Shown here piece by piece: positions 24,865 to 37,100 of a DNA stretch of 64,000 bases. The translations under genes were made by a program, and so were the position numbers. The notes beneath the pieces were generated by a model, which did not search any database, had not been told where the DNA came from, and was given only the letters and a program-made list of their open reading frames with translations. Within the stretch, counting starts at the first letter, position 1. Each line of letters starts with the position of its first letter. This DNA is from Fimbriosthenelais zetlandica. Lineage: Eukaryota. The stretch is from positions 11,408,001 to 11,472,000 of the forward strand of contig OZ365118.1 of NCBI GenBank assembly GCA_977030845.1, given 5' to 3'.

Positions 24865-25088
24865 AAAAAATGATCTTTGTATTGTTGTATTTTTGCTCGA
24901 GGCACAAGTAGAGGTTTCATTGCAGCAACCGCTATCTGCCCGACATCGGTAAACGATTGTACAATGCGGGTAGTATACTTTAGACGCAGCATTGCTAATG
25001 TCCCGGATGCGCAGAACTACCGGAACCGGATATCGACACCTGGCCTTTTCCTCCATTTCTTTGTAATGTTCTAGTGCCTCGTGGCTTG
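24865..25088 (-). CDS. VEGF: PDGF/VEGF-family growth factor, coding exon 3 (first part of cystine knot)
   Basis: ttctctttgtttttttgcag acceptor; ASHEALEHYKEMEEKARCRYPVPVVL...YPHCTIVYRCRADSGCCNETSTC...QRSFF contains the PxC-x5-RC-x-GCC PDGF/VEGF signature; GTAAGT donor; 224 nt, phase 1 to 0. Confidence 0.95.
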
Positions 25089-26616
25089 CTGCAAAAAAAC
25101 AAAGAGAATCACATTAGAGCGCATCATCAAAGAAACTCTGCAACCAGAGGAACATAGGTCTATTCCATTAAAAGCTCATTCCCTACTGAATTAATCCTCA
25201 CTCCAACTGACACCGAGTCTAGTCTTTCGGTTTAACTTGAGTGTCTTTCGACATAACAAAAGCCCTGTTCTATGATGAAACTTGAAAGAGTTCTTGAAAT
25301 AATTTGATTCTTTTCCTATGTAAAATGGCATGTGTTTCTTACAGATGCTTTGCAAATACTTTCAAGGACAAGCTCTATGAAGCTCGTTCAAAAGTGTCAT
25401 GATGGGGAATAATTAACAAAATGACAAGAGATGAATATGGCATGGACTATCTGAATACATATTGGCGTAGCCGGGGTTGAATACTAGTACTCTTTCACAG
25501 TACCTTGATAAGCACTGGATTCACGTAATCACTTAAGTCACATATTATGGTTTTTCTTAGCTACCAGTATATATATGATGTAAATTTGGTCCAGTAATGT
25601 GCTCTACATTGGCCCCTATGGAATGCCAGTACTAATGTTAACTTCTGTCGGATCAGATAAGTTGTTATTAGCATTATGGCTTGTATATAAAACCTGTTGC
25701 ATAGCTTCCTTTTATAAAGTTTCTCTACCTCATCAAGAAGATAATTTCACCATATATAAGTGTGATTTTAGTTACGATCGCAATATCAGGTTGTAAACAT
25801 GAGACCATACGATGCTGCCCCGTATTAAGTCAATTTCATTGAGAAATAAGCAATCAAAACTATCTAAAATCATACAAATGATAAGTGAGATCGAAAGTGA
25901 TTGAGCAGTGATGAATTTACTGATATATTCATGTCAAATATGGTATGGGACAGTATCTAGGGCTATGAATGCCACCATGGTGTTTTGTTTCGAATGCTGT
26001 TTTCATGTAAACAAACACATTTTGGTAGAAGATTGGGTCCTCTCTGTCGACAGGAAACCTGTTACTGCCAATGTTAATGACATTCCAATGCATTGATAAC
26101 ATTTTAATTATGATGACCAACTTAAACCCTTATTAAATAGAGAAATATTTCCTCCCAAGAATCCATAGGCAAAGTGAGGCCTGTTTGTTAGATTGATAGA
26201 CTTCATATAGTGCCTATAGTATATCCATATTGACTTTTTCAGGCCGTCTGCATGGACCCTTGTATAACCTACATGGAAATGCTATCAAACTGTTTAAATC
26301 TCAAATGGAAAATCAATGATGAAAGACAAACAAGCTGTAAAAGAAAAAAAACATCACCGGCATGAGCCATCAGTCAGACTGCAGTAAACAAAAAACCGTT
26401 TCTTCCTGGAGCTGCGCAAAAAAACGATAATGTGATCGTTTTTAACACATACAGGCATCTGTAGGCCTTAATTGTAGATAATCTTCTTTATATACGGGTT
26501 GTAATGTCATGATCGATGAATAGTAACAGGAGATATTAATAGAGGAATTACATTGTTCAGATTAAATAAATTTCTTTTAGTGAAGAGCTTTTCCTTAGAT
26601 TATGGCGTCAAAAATC

Positions 26617-26730
26617 CCAAGTTTGGACCACTTATAATATGTCGGTGGTCCAAACTTGGGGAGCGATAAAAATTCATAAATCAAAGCTCAAAAATCCCAA
26701 GTTTGGATCACCTATAATAATAGGTAGTCC
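26617..26730. repeat. Duplicated 16-bp-arm hairpin
   Basis: cccaagtttggaccac-13 nt-gtggtccaaacttggg, followed by a diverged second copy that also starts tcaaaaatcccaagtttgga. Confidence 0.8.
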
Positions 26731-29700
26731 AAATTAAGTTGAACAAAAAAAATATTGCACAAGCATTGACCAAAGCATTGTTGTACACTGAAGATTAAAT
26801 AGCCCATATTCATTTACATTGTACATGTACACAAGGACTGTAGAAAGTGTATCATTTCGCAATCATCAGAGACACGTTTTTCAATACAAAGTATCAAAAT
26901 TACTTTTGGAGAAATACAAATTGAATATGAGAAGAGGCAAAGTATTCTCCCATTTCAAGTCATAAGGCAACGAAACCGATGTTATCATTGTTGATGAAAG
27001 TAACCTGTTGTAACTGAATCAAGTTTCTACAATTCTGAAATCCAATACAGTGCTGTGAAAGAAAGGACATTTGAATAATTATGAAGTTCTTGAGTTTTAT
27101 ATTGGATCCTTTTGTGATATCAATGTCAATCTCAAGACAATGTATGGATGGAGGGGATTTTAAAAGCAGAATAACAGCGGGTATAGCTATGCTCGTTCCC
27201 TATCTTGGTGCTAAACTCCTTCCCAAACAAAATTATACAACTTTGACCCTCTCCTTAAATATTTCAACGGTTTCGAACATAAAATCACCCCATAACTACG
27301 AAAAATCCACGCTTTTAATATTGCATGGGGAGAAACGGCCTTTTGGATATGAAACTAGAAATGAGAACGTCCTAAAAGGTACTGACAGAAAAAGAGTTTA
27401 TGATGAGGAATGGGAAAGGCGAGAAAGGTTGAATGTGAATAATGAATTAGGGTTGCTACCCTACCTTTGCCACCTGGGTTACGGTGTCATTATATTCACG
27501 AAAACGCCAGTCTCATGGGGTATCAAAGTAGGGAGAACGGAGAAAATTTCCAGAAGGTTCTTTCCATCTGCAATGGGGTTTAGTCGGAGGCGTTGGCAGG
27601 CTAATGGGACCCAGGGTGCAAAGGTCATTGCGATTGGCGATAGTTGAGGTTAGATTGAAGTGAGCAATATACCATGCACGCCTGTAAGATAGCCTATCCC
27701 TACTCCCACACATCCGACTATTCTAAAACCTCTTAAAACCTATCTACAATTGAACTGTAGGCTACTAAGGAAACAATTATTTAAAAACGTACCGATTTAT
27801 GCTTCCTTATTTTGCGGTTCATGCAATTTTATGCTTAAAAGTTTATAGAAAACGTCAAATCAGAGTACTCTATCATGGATAAAAGCCTCAAAGATGGACT
27901 CTCTGTCAGCTGTCATAATTATCTTTTCTAGTGACATATTCCGGAAAGATCGATCACAAAACGATCATGGGCAAAAAGGAAAATTATCTGGAGAAAGGCC
28001 GAAATAGAACGTTATCGATAAGAGAGTTTAACTGCACACCGGAAAAAGAAACCAGAAGCCCGAGTGTAAAGATATGAAAAACATGAAAAACAGATCTATA
28101 TAAAAGGAGAAGATTTAACTGGCATTTAGACGAAAGTTCAACCATATCCAATAGATATGGCAGGATATCATATGGGAATATACATACATTTTTTTCATGA
28201 GATGACCCCAGGGAAAGCTGCTGAATCATCACTCATTTCATTTGTTTCCCAAATGACCAGGGAACTCAAATTTATTCCAATGAGAAAGAACCGCGTGTAC
28301 ACAGAAAATATTTATAAGGCAGTCTGTAGAGTGCGCAGAGGCGGATTCCAAACAATTGACACTGGCTTAAATTCATTTATCTTAAGATTTCTTACGACAT
28401 CTTTGTCTCCCACCAAGGATTTAATCAAGGCTTGGGCGGGGGAAGAGAGATTCAAAAGAGAAAGAGAAGGCGGGAGGGTGGAGGCAGAGAGACTGCGCCC
28501 GAGATTGAAGGAGACATTGAAAAAGATGATGAATTGGGGATGGGCTTACCGACCATCACCCGATCTCATACTGGAAAAAAACAAGCTGACAATGATATGA
28601 AGAAGTGATGATTCCCGCAGGGTGAAATGCAATATAATGACATTAATTGTTATTTGACTTTTAAAGGGCTTTCTTACCATCCAATGAGACCTACAGAAAG
28701 TGGTCTCTATACGCCAGGGCAGGGTAGATTAATAATTATTGTGAGGCAGCTTTAGACAATAAAAACTGACCTCATTTATTCATATTCGTTGTTCCCATGC
28801 CTTTACGATCCGTGCTACTTTTTCCAGTAAATTCCAATTTCGTTTAATATTACAGTCTCAATGTTTCTTGACTGAATCTATATTGTGTGACTTCCTCTTG
28901 GACAGCTTGCACGAGGATCGAACCACCAACCCTTAGATCATTGATAACCATAACAAAAAAACAGATGATACAAACCAGATGGGAGTGTAACTATTGGTAT
29001 GCCACCCACTCATCGCAACAACTTCACCCACACTCGGCCGTATGTACATCAACTAATGGAATGTTTCTATTACTTTTCTACACAAAATTTCACTACAATT
29101 CTATTGCTGTAATTCCCCTGGGACACTCTGAAGCTGTAGGCCTACAATGTCTAAAAATTGTCGCTTATGGAAGCCAAACCAATATATGCAGGCGATTTCA
29201 CGATTGACGGAAGCTATAATGTTAAAAATATTTAATACTATTGATTATTGAACCCATCTGAACGTAATCTAGCGAAGTTCAGGTCATAACAATTCTCCAC
29301 TAAAGACGCTTTGAACATCGGCACAGACCTTATACTTCTTTCATATACGTGAAAGGAGTATGATAGTATCTATATTTCTAACTGAGAAATGTGCATGGTG
29401 CCACCGTGGGAGGCACAGTCAACCAGTGGACGAGCCCGCCTGCCTATATAGTAAGGGGAGATGCAGACCTGTGACTTGTTTCAGATTTGTTGATAGTGGG
29501 GATTGTTTAAGGTTGTCACGGGGGAATGTTTGTACCTGTTCGCTGAAGCCCCTACATTCTACTGTCAGCAGTCTGGGTGATGAACGGTACATGGACCTAG
29601 CCTTGTTTTGTCTGCCCGCTCAATCTGAACCAAGGACAGACGTGGACCAATGCCCCAGATGCCACCTACCACCCCAAACTAAACCCCTCCAGTCCCTCTC

Positions 29701-31814
29701 CGTGCCTTCATACAACCAATTTCTATTTTGAATCATTAATCAAAACTTTCCCACGCAGCACAGTGTCTAATAAGCAGCCTCCAAGGAAATGAGTTTGGGA
29801 ATAAATATAAAGGTTTTCCCCATGGCATCAGACCTCATTCCTGTAAGTGTAATATCATGTAGGGTTGGCACAGGTTCTGAATAGAATTTACCTTTGTGGA
29901 ATAAATGGGGCACGATCTATGTGCAGAATAATGTAGAAACAATTTATGCCCCAGTTTCCTGAGTCCGCCCATTCAATTCATATCGTGAAAGTATGACTAC
30001 ATTTTAAAGAGAAAAGACGAGTGTTCTATAGAATCAGCCTGCAGGGGTGCATCGAAATATGATAAGATCCCATGGACGTTCTGAAGTTCATGTTTCAATT
30101 CATTCTCTTGACTCAAAATGCATAAACGCAAAAAAGTCTCTTGGTATTATAATGGCTTATCAGGAGTGTGAGGGTAGATTATTACATGAGTTAAAAATGG
30201 CGAGTTCTTTCTTCTTTTCCACGATACTTGATATCCATGAGTGTCATGAAAATCCTTTAGATACAAGATTGTCGCCGGCTGCATGGTGAAAAAGATATTG
30301 CGCGACAATCTGCAACAATTTCAAATTGAATCGAATCTGTTGCAAATATAAAGGGACAAGCTGGCGACGACATATTCCGTTGCCTGTCTGTCTCTACCCC
30401 TTCCTCCACTGTGGCGACAGTCTCACGACAGATTTCGCCACCCTTGCAACAGGCTTGTTTCCGTATAGTGGGGGAGTCCCACCTTAAGTGAAAGTATAAA
30501 ACAGAAACTACTGTTTTAACACCTCTAAGGGAGCATCGACTCTTTATGGGCACAATAATTTGTCCAGTCCAAAGTGTAGCCGCAATGGTAGGAGCCTACT
30601 CTAGAGCCTTTTCTCCAAAAGGAAGAAAGATTGAGCTTGAGAAAACTAATTTTTCTTTCCCTTGCCAAAAGAAGCAACAGTCAACATAGACGACTGTGCC
30701 ATGGAGCAGTACTAATTCAAATGGCGGGTTAAAGAAAGCACTCGTCAAGGTGGTTTGTCAAAAATCCCGATGGGCTTTCACTCACAATAACCATCCGCTT
30801 TTCAGCAAAGGCAATCTCATTTGACAGCGTTCGGGAATTATCAAAGTTAGGCTGTAATTAGCAAGGCCTTTAAGATTATGAAGAACCGTTTGTTTGCCGA
30901 ATGTCTGGCCGTGCACAACAAAGCCAACCTTCATAAGGCTGAATCCAACCCGGACTGCCAACCCGATTAACCCTACCGAGACTCACTGAGATGGCAAAGG
31001 AGAACTTTGATCTGAAACGTATTACAAAGTTCGCCCTTGGAAGTGAAAGCAAGTGGTATTACCCAGCCAGCTTCCAAGCGAGCTCAGCTTGCAAATAAAT
31101 CACCAATTACTTTTGCTTTTAGGGAAGCAGTGGAGCACAATTGCTGATATCTGGTAGAAACAGAACATGGTGTGTGAACACTGATAAGATGGGGGTGCAT
31201 CAAGATAAGCTTGATAGAGCTGTGTAAATAATTCTAGCATTGCCAGGCATAAAGCATGTAATCTATATTCTCTTCTTGTCAACCACCTCTTCTATTTTTT
31301 TGAATGCAATCAATGTTTTAGATCTTGATTGAATTTGGGACGTCTAATTCACGCTGGTCACTATGGTAACTCGTTTTGAAGCAAGTTAATGAGAGCTCTA
31401 GGTATTATAATATGTTTACTTCATACTTTCAAGTGTAGTTCTATTGGTAATTCGCCCTCTCCTCAACTAATAAGTGCTAACATCTCCTTTGTTTAACGTC
31501 CATGCAGTCAGGAGGAAATATGCTGTCGGCACACATTGACCTACTCTTCTCGACTGGGAACAATAGTTATTTTACATGCCTCTTGATATATTCACTATAA
31601 ACCACTATCCTGAAAAAAAATGTTGATGCATCAATGTATAGGCCTACATATAAAAATGTACCCCTTTACTGGAGTCTTAAATACAGTCGTGACTGTCAAT
31701 TAGAAACCATTGCCATCGACAATGGAAGACAATTTTTACCATATAGGGATATAGTTACTACATTTTGGAGGTACAATGAAGGCAACATGGCAACACAGAG
31801 GAAAAGTAGTGGCT

Positions 31815-32083
31815 CAACTGCACTTTAGGGGCCCGATCCAAGATGGCGGCCAAGTCTCGCGAGGCCCCTGAGTCACTAAGTTCAGGTTTAGATCTTCAGG
31901 GATTAGGTTAGGGTTAGGTTTATATTTTAGGTGTTAGGTTAGTGTGAGGTTTAGGGATAGGTTGAAAATACTAGTACTTAAAATGACAAATTATGGTCTT
32001 ACTCCCTTAATTATTCCGTTGCTAAGGAAGAGACTTCTGGCTGCCATCTTGGATTAGGGCAGCGGACCCCTAAAATGCAGTTG
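31815..32083. mobile_element. MITE family A, copy 2, with internal degenerate TTAGG(G) tract
   Basis: TIR caactgcaYtttagggg; subterminal caagatggcggc and gccatcttg; homologous to 17372-17559. Confidence 0.75.
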
Positions 32084-32660
32084 TACCAAAGTAGTTATAA
32101 GACAAGAGGTGTATAAAGCGGGCATGGATATATTATGTATATAATCATTACCCAATTGGCGTTAATGTATAAGAGGTAAGGATAAATGTGCCTATATAGA
32201 TAACGATCACAGTATAGTGCATCACACCATACACTATAATATTAGAACTAATCTACACACTCTGGGCTCACCAGCAGATGGGGAAAGACATTAATCTGTG
32301 GAGGTGATCACCATCATAAGATGAAGGTGGAGGGGCCGGAGGAGGAAGAGGAGGAGGCAATGATGAGCTTTTCACATTACATGAAGAAAGTCGAGCTTAA
32401 CAGGTAACGGTCCGAAAAGGAAGGGAGAGAGATTTTGACTTTGTCATGCAAGTAGGCGATAAGTAAGATGACCATAAAGTAGTCTTTGTAGGTAAGGTTT
32501 TCACCATGCACGCCCAGTCAGGAACAATGACAATACACCAGGGGGAGAAAGGTCCATTATAAAACATGCTGAAACAAGATGAAAGAAAGTCGAGGGTCGT
32601 CAAACCACCCCAGGCCAGGGACTGAAAAACGGACCAAAAATAAAGACGCAAATTTCACTT

Positions 32661-32761
32661 TATTTCTAGACACACCCAATGCTTGTAATTGTGTCAGTGT
32701 CTAGTCTTAGCTAGGTGTAAAGGACTGTTAAAATTACAAGCATTGGGTGTGACTAGAAATA
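32661..32761. mobile_element. Truncated hairpin copy of the 49.8-50.0 kb MITE family
   Basis: 30-bp inverted arms with one mismatch around the core cttagctaggtgYaaaggactgtt, which also occurs at 49.93 kb. Confidence 0.7.
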
Positions 32762-33060
32762 ATAAGTTATCGCTTGGAGAATCGCGTCTATGGAGGCCCT
32801 GTATTATCCTGTTATAGGATATAATAGCAGTTGAGACCATACTGCAAACTGTACTGTATTTGAGTGAGGGTCTGGAAGGTCAGAAGCTGTAGACTTTGGC
32901 ACCGTAATATACATGTATCGCCATGACAAACTGAGGATGGCTAACATGGAGCACCTGTCCTTCTTAATAATGACTGCTATAAATAACTAGAGAGATCTAT
33001 AAAAGCCATCCATCAACCCTAATCTTTCCTAATCAAATCATCAAACCCTGGTAATATGAA

Positions 33061-33724
33061 GGAGCACTCCTAACAATCATCTTGGCAGCCTTGGGCCCTC
33101 TATATTTTTATATATTATCACTGATTATACTTATCCTAAAAAGGGCCAGTAGAAAACATATAAAAGAGAGAAGATCACTGATCTATTTTTTTAAAGATGG
33201 AGGATGAAAGTCTTTAGATCAAGTAGTCCATGGGCACATGCCGACATTGAAAATACCGGGAGACAGAGGGCAAAGTTCACAGCTAAAAGAGGACGTGAAA
33301 GCCTTAGCAAAAAGTAAAGAAACGTAAAGAACTGTACGAAGGAGCGAGAGAAGAAAAACATTGGTACAAGCGGAAAAAGAATGGGTACATGCCTGATGAA
33401 AGTCTATCGTGATCAGTGATGAAATCTTTGGGATGAAAATAATCAATTACCGTAATGTGTATCACGAGCACTGAATCCAGGCCACTGTTTGTAATGGGCC
33501 TCACTGCACTATTCAATATGATCCGGAGGAATTCTGATCCTTTGATATGGCACATATGTTATCTTATAATTGAATGGCTTTTTTTGTTTTTTTTTGTATT
33601 GACGTTTCGTAGAAATCTTTGTATGATACCATCTTCTGTAATACATTCTGTATTTCGTACACTTTATCGTAAAAATTTCAAATTCATCATCATCGATTTG
33701 AAAATTATTCTTTCCGCTGAATAA
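33061..33724 (+). pseudogene. Decayed class A GPCR, TM5 to helix 8
   Basis: GALLTIILAALGPLYFYILSLIILILKRASRK (TM5), VMKSLG-x8-C...PLFVMGL (TM6), EWL...NLCMIP..VIHSVFRTLYRKNFKFII (TM7 and helix 8 pattern). Stops and a frameshift are present. Confidence 0.5.
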
Positions 33725-34118
33725 TTAGGATGATAACAGACTGAATACAGAATACTTGACATAATATCTCCATAACAACCATTCATTTAACCCTCTATAT
33801 AACGTAACGCTCCCCCATTTCTTCTTCGGATAGTTAATACACGGCCATAAAGAAGAAAGCGAAAGCTTTTAAATGTTAAATGCATCCATTAATCATACAT
33901 GTACAGCCTACTACCACAAATGATAAGAAAACCAATCAATAAAGCGCAGGAAGCGTGTTGCAGGCAATGACAGCATTTTATATGTATTAATTCATAAACG
34001 ATGTAGACCTGTATAGAAAGGGGTCCTTGGTGTGCAGGCTTTGCTTATTTATTCACTTCTCCACGGCAAAGCAAAAGCTAGAACACCCATTGAAGCAGTA
34101 TAAATTTCTGGAGCACAT

Positions 34119-34186
34119 GGGCCTGTTTCAAAAGGAATATTGGCAATGCTATGTCTATGGGTAATATTCGTTTTGAAACAGGCTCC
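34119..34186. mobile_element. Short hairpin element family (ggggcctgtttca...tgaaacaggcccc)
   Basis: Near-perfect 22-bp inverted repeats; related copies at about 20397-20540 (tandem pair), 45190-45265 and 16450. Confidence 0.65.
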
Positions 34187-37100
34187 AGGTATGCCCTGTG
34201 TCATGAATTATGTATGCGGGATTATGCATTTAGGAGGTTGCCACGTTTTTTTTTCATGGGGGCTCATATGTTACGGTCTCGAGTATGAACTGGTTCTGCT
34301 TTCTGTATGAGCTGAAAGCAACAGAGAGCTGCTGTCTGAATACTAAGAGAAGGGCAATGGGAGGCAAAATGGAAAGCTATAGTCCTCAAGCATTTGGTTG
34401 AACGAAAGTGTATTGTGAAAGGAATGATACATTTCATTGTACATACAAGCTGAGAAAAAATAGGGATAAATCAAGTTTCCTGCATGGTATACACACAGAA
34501 CTGCTTTTAGTTTGGCGGCTGCCGGTAAAAAATGCATTTCGAAAGAGGAAACAAATTGCTTCAGGCAGCAGCAAGGAAGGAGATCAAGATGATTGGAAGT
34601 TATCTTAGGTAAGAAATAAACAGTGCAATATGAGAAAGGTATGTTCAACGATGAACCAGTTGGGAGAGTTCGAAAATGTCAAATCTAAGTGAAAGTAGTG
34701 AGAAAGATTGATAAAATATCTACCATAGCTAAGAGCCAGTGCCTGGGAAATATTCATCAGGACTAAGATGAGTATGCGTGCTCCATGACATTTCTTATCC
34801 TCATCCATGATCACTGTCTCTCTCTTTTACTCCACTCTGAAAGCCTCGCCATAACTAAGGCTATCTCCAGTAATGGGATGTCTCTTCTTCTCTCTTCTAC
34901 CAGTCTCTCACTAACTCTTCGCACTCTCTTCTTCTCAACAACCTTTTGTATGCAAACCAAGGGCTGAGCTTTGGTCTCAGCCTTATTGCATTCCAGCTCA
35001 GTGATGATAGCAATACTGCTATTGTACGCCAAGTCCTGGAATAAAAAGACCTCAGGTGATTCAGGCCTCTGGTTCTCTTAAGCGGTATCCCTTTCCAACC
35101 CTCACGCTTGGTGGCCGAGTGTGCGACTGCAGCAGTAGAAGGGGGAATGATGAGGGAGAGGTGTGCACCCACATACAACAAGGAATTGCTTTAGTGAGTG
35201 AGTGTGTGTGGTGCGCGCTCTCAGTTTTTTTTTATTTCCAATCATTAATCTGAATACCAGGAGGGAATGGTAATATCATGAGTAGGAGTTGATGATGATG
35301 TTGGGTGGTGATGGTGGTGGAGGAGGTGGTGGTGGGTATTGGAGGTGGTGGCGTTGGTAAGGGGTGGTGGCAGATCATTGGTCCGAGGGCAGTAGTGTAT
35401 GCATGTGTACATATGTAGGTGGTCGGAGAGAAGGAGAATGGGGAGGAGAAGGAGGAGGAGCTAGAGGTGGCGGAGGAGGAGGAGGAGGGGGAGAATGGGT
35501 GAGCTGCTCCATGGTGGCCTAGATGAATGGCTCAGCTCCAATGGCTTTACTGAGCCCATTTACACACCGTTGCCCAATAGGCAGGACCTGTGTAAGGCCC
35601 GTTTGTTATGTATGTGAATGCGATAGTGATCTGGAGCAGATACCGCTGCCAGTGCTGCCTCCCAATAATCATAGAGGCCAGATTACATCATAGTCAAGCA
35701 GGTGAAACTTTCTAAACACACAAACAAATGATACCTAGATGATCAGAGATGAAGAGATAACGATCAGTTGACGATAGATCTCTCGGGGTTTCAATTTAAA
35801 AATCCAGCCACAACTTCATCCAAAATGTTATCTCTCAATTAATCTGGATCATATTATTGTTGAGGGTACTTTGTTTGTGTTTCGTAATTTACATTTTCCA
35901 AGTTAAATAAGTGTATAGTAAAGGAAATGCTTATCCAGGCACCTGTTTGCATCTGGCCACTATTCCCATACGTCCCTGATGGGCACTGAACCCGTATGTG
36001 GAATTTATTGTAAGAAAAAGGTCATTGACGGAGCAAAATGTCAACAGTTTAAAGAGAGCTGGTTGGCCCAATGGCGAGCTGAACATCCTCGTGCCAGTTT
36101 TATGGGAAAGGTTTGAAATTTGTTGACAATTTATGCACCAGTCAATGTGCCTACCATACCGCACCCACCCCCCACCCCCGCCCCTCGGCTGACCTAGGGA
36201 TGATTGCAAAAACACCAGGGGATTCAGATTCTTATATGATATCTTAAAGGGTTTCTGAAAAAATGATTTTTAGTAGGCTACAACTTCAGATTCAGATATT
36301 TTCTTTTGGTCTGAAACTCCCACGTCATCCCAGGGAGGGGCACATTGGCCGGTGCATTGTTTCCGTTTGAATGAGAACATAGGGGAAAAGGCTTCAATGC
36401 AAGCAGACTGTACGGCTAAGCTGGGCAGGAGGCAGCAATGGGCCATTGAAGGACTGCGGACAACATATATATGGTGTAAGTGGATTAAGCCAGCCTATGG
36501 GAGAGTGGGAGGGGCTGGTCAGCTTGCCCCCAGCTTGCCCTCCTGTGACCTCATCAGACCATTACCTGGTAATGTAGGTCTCTCTTCTTCAACGGTGGGC
36601 GGGGAGGTGGGTGAAGAACAATGGACTAAAGACTTGGAAAGAGAAAAGGGAGCATGAGAAAGTAGGAGGTAGTCCAGGAGCGGGGCTATATGCCTAGTTC
36701 TGTTAAACAAGATTTTATGTTGTTGTTGTCTACCGCACTCTTATGATAGTAGGCCTACCACGGTATACAAAAATGAGAATAAAATAATAATAATGGCATT
36801 TGTCCAAACAAAATTGTCAAAAAAGTAGGCCTAGTGGTGGTATGCATAAATTTGTCTTGCCTAAACCTCGACAACTATTATAGGCGTAGTCTATACAAGA
36901 ATTTCTTCTCCAACGAAATATATCAAAACGTGAGAAATTTTCACTTTGAATATAGGAGCATGACATTGTATAGTAATATCACAGTATGAGAAGAATGTCT
37001 GCATGGCTCCTTCCAATCGTGGAAGTCTTTTTTGTGCAAGACCTATCAAATATTCATCAACCAGCCTTGCCATGCGCTTAACTAACTCAATAAAGAAGAT

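Noticed and set aside
24784-25056. ORF-track start MEEKARC as the VEGF N-terminus, with read-through past 24865
   Set aside because: The frame continues upstream to a strong acceptor at 25088, and a GTAAGT donor at 24864 removes the tail, so this is an internal exon.
27081-27647. Longest ORF in the track (188 aa, plus strand)
   Set aside because: No recognisable domain, motif or splice context; treated as a chance ORF pending blastp.
29360-31282. Further GPCR-like snippets (SLGDERYMDL at 29.58 kb; LCLAMLELF...MFCFY at 31.2 kb)
   Set aside because: Single weak motifs without ordered neighbours; high risk of over-reading.
35280-35500. GGT/GGA-rich stretch that could encode a Pro-rich peptide on the minus strand
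   Set aside because: Simple trinucleotide low-complexity sequence with no splice support.
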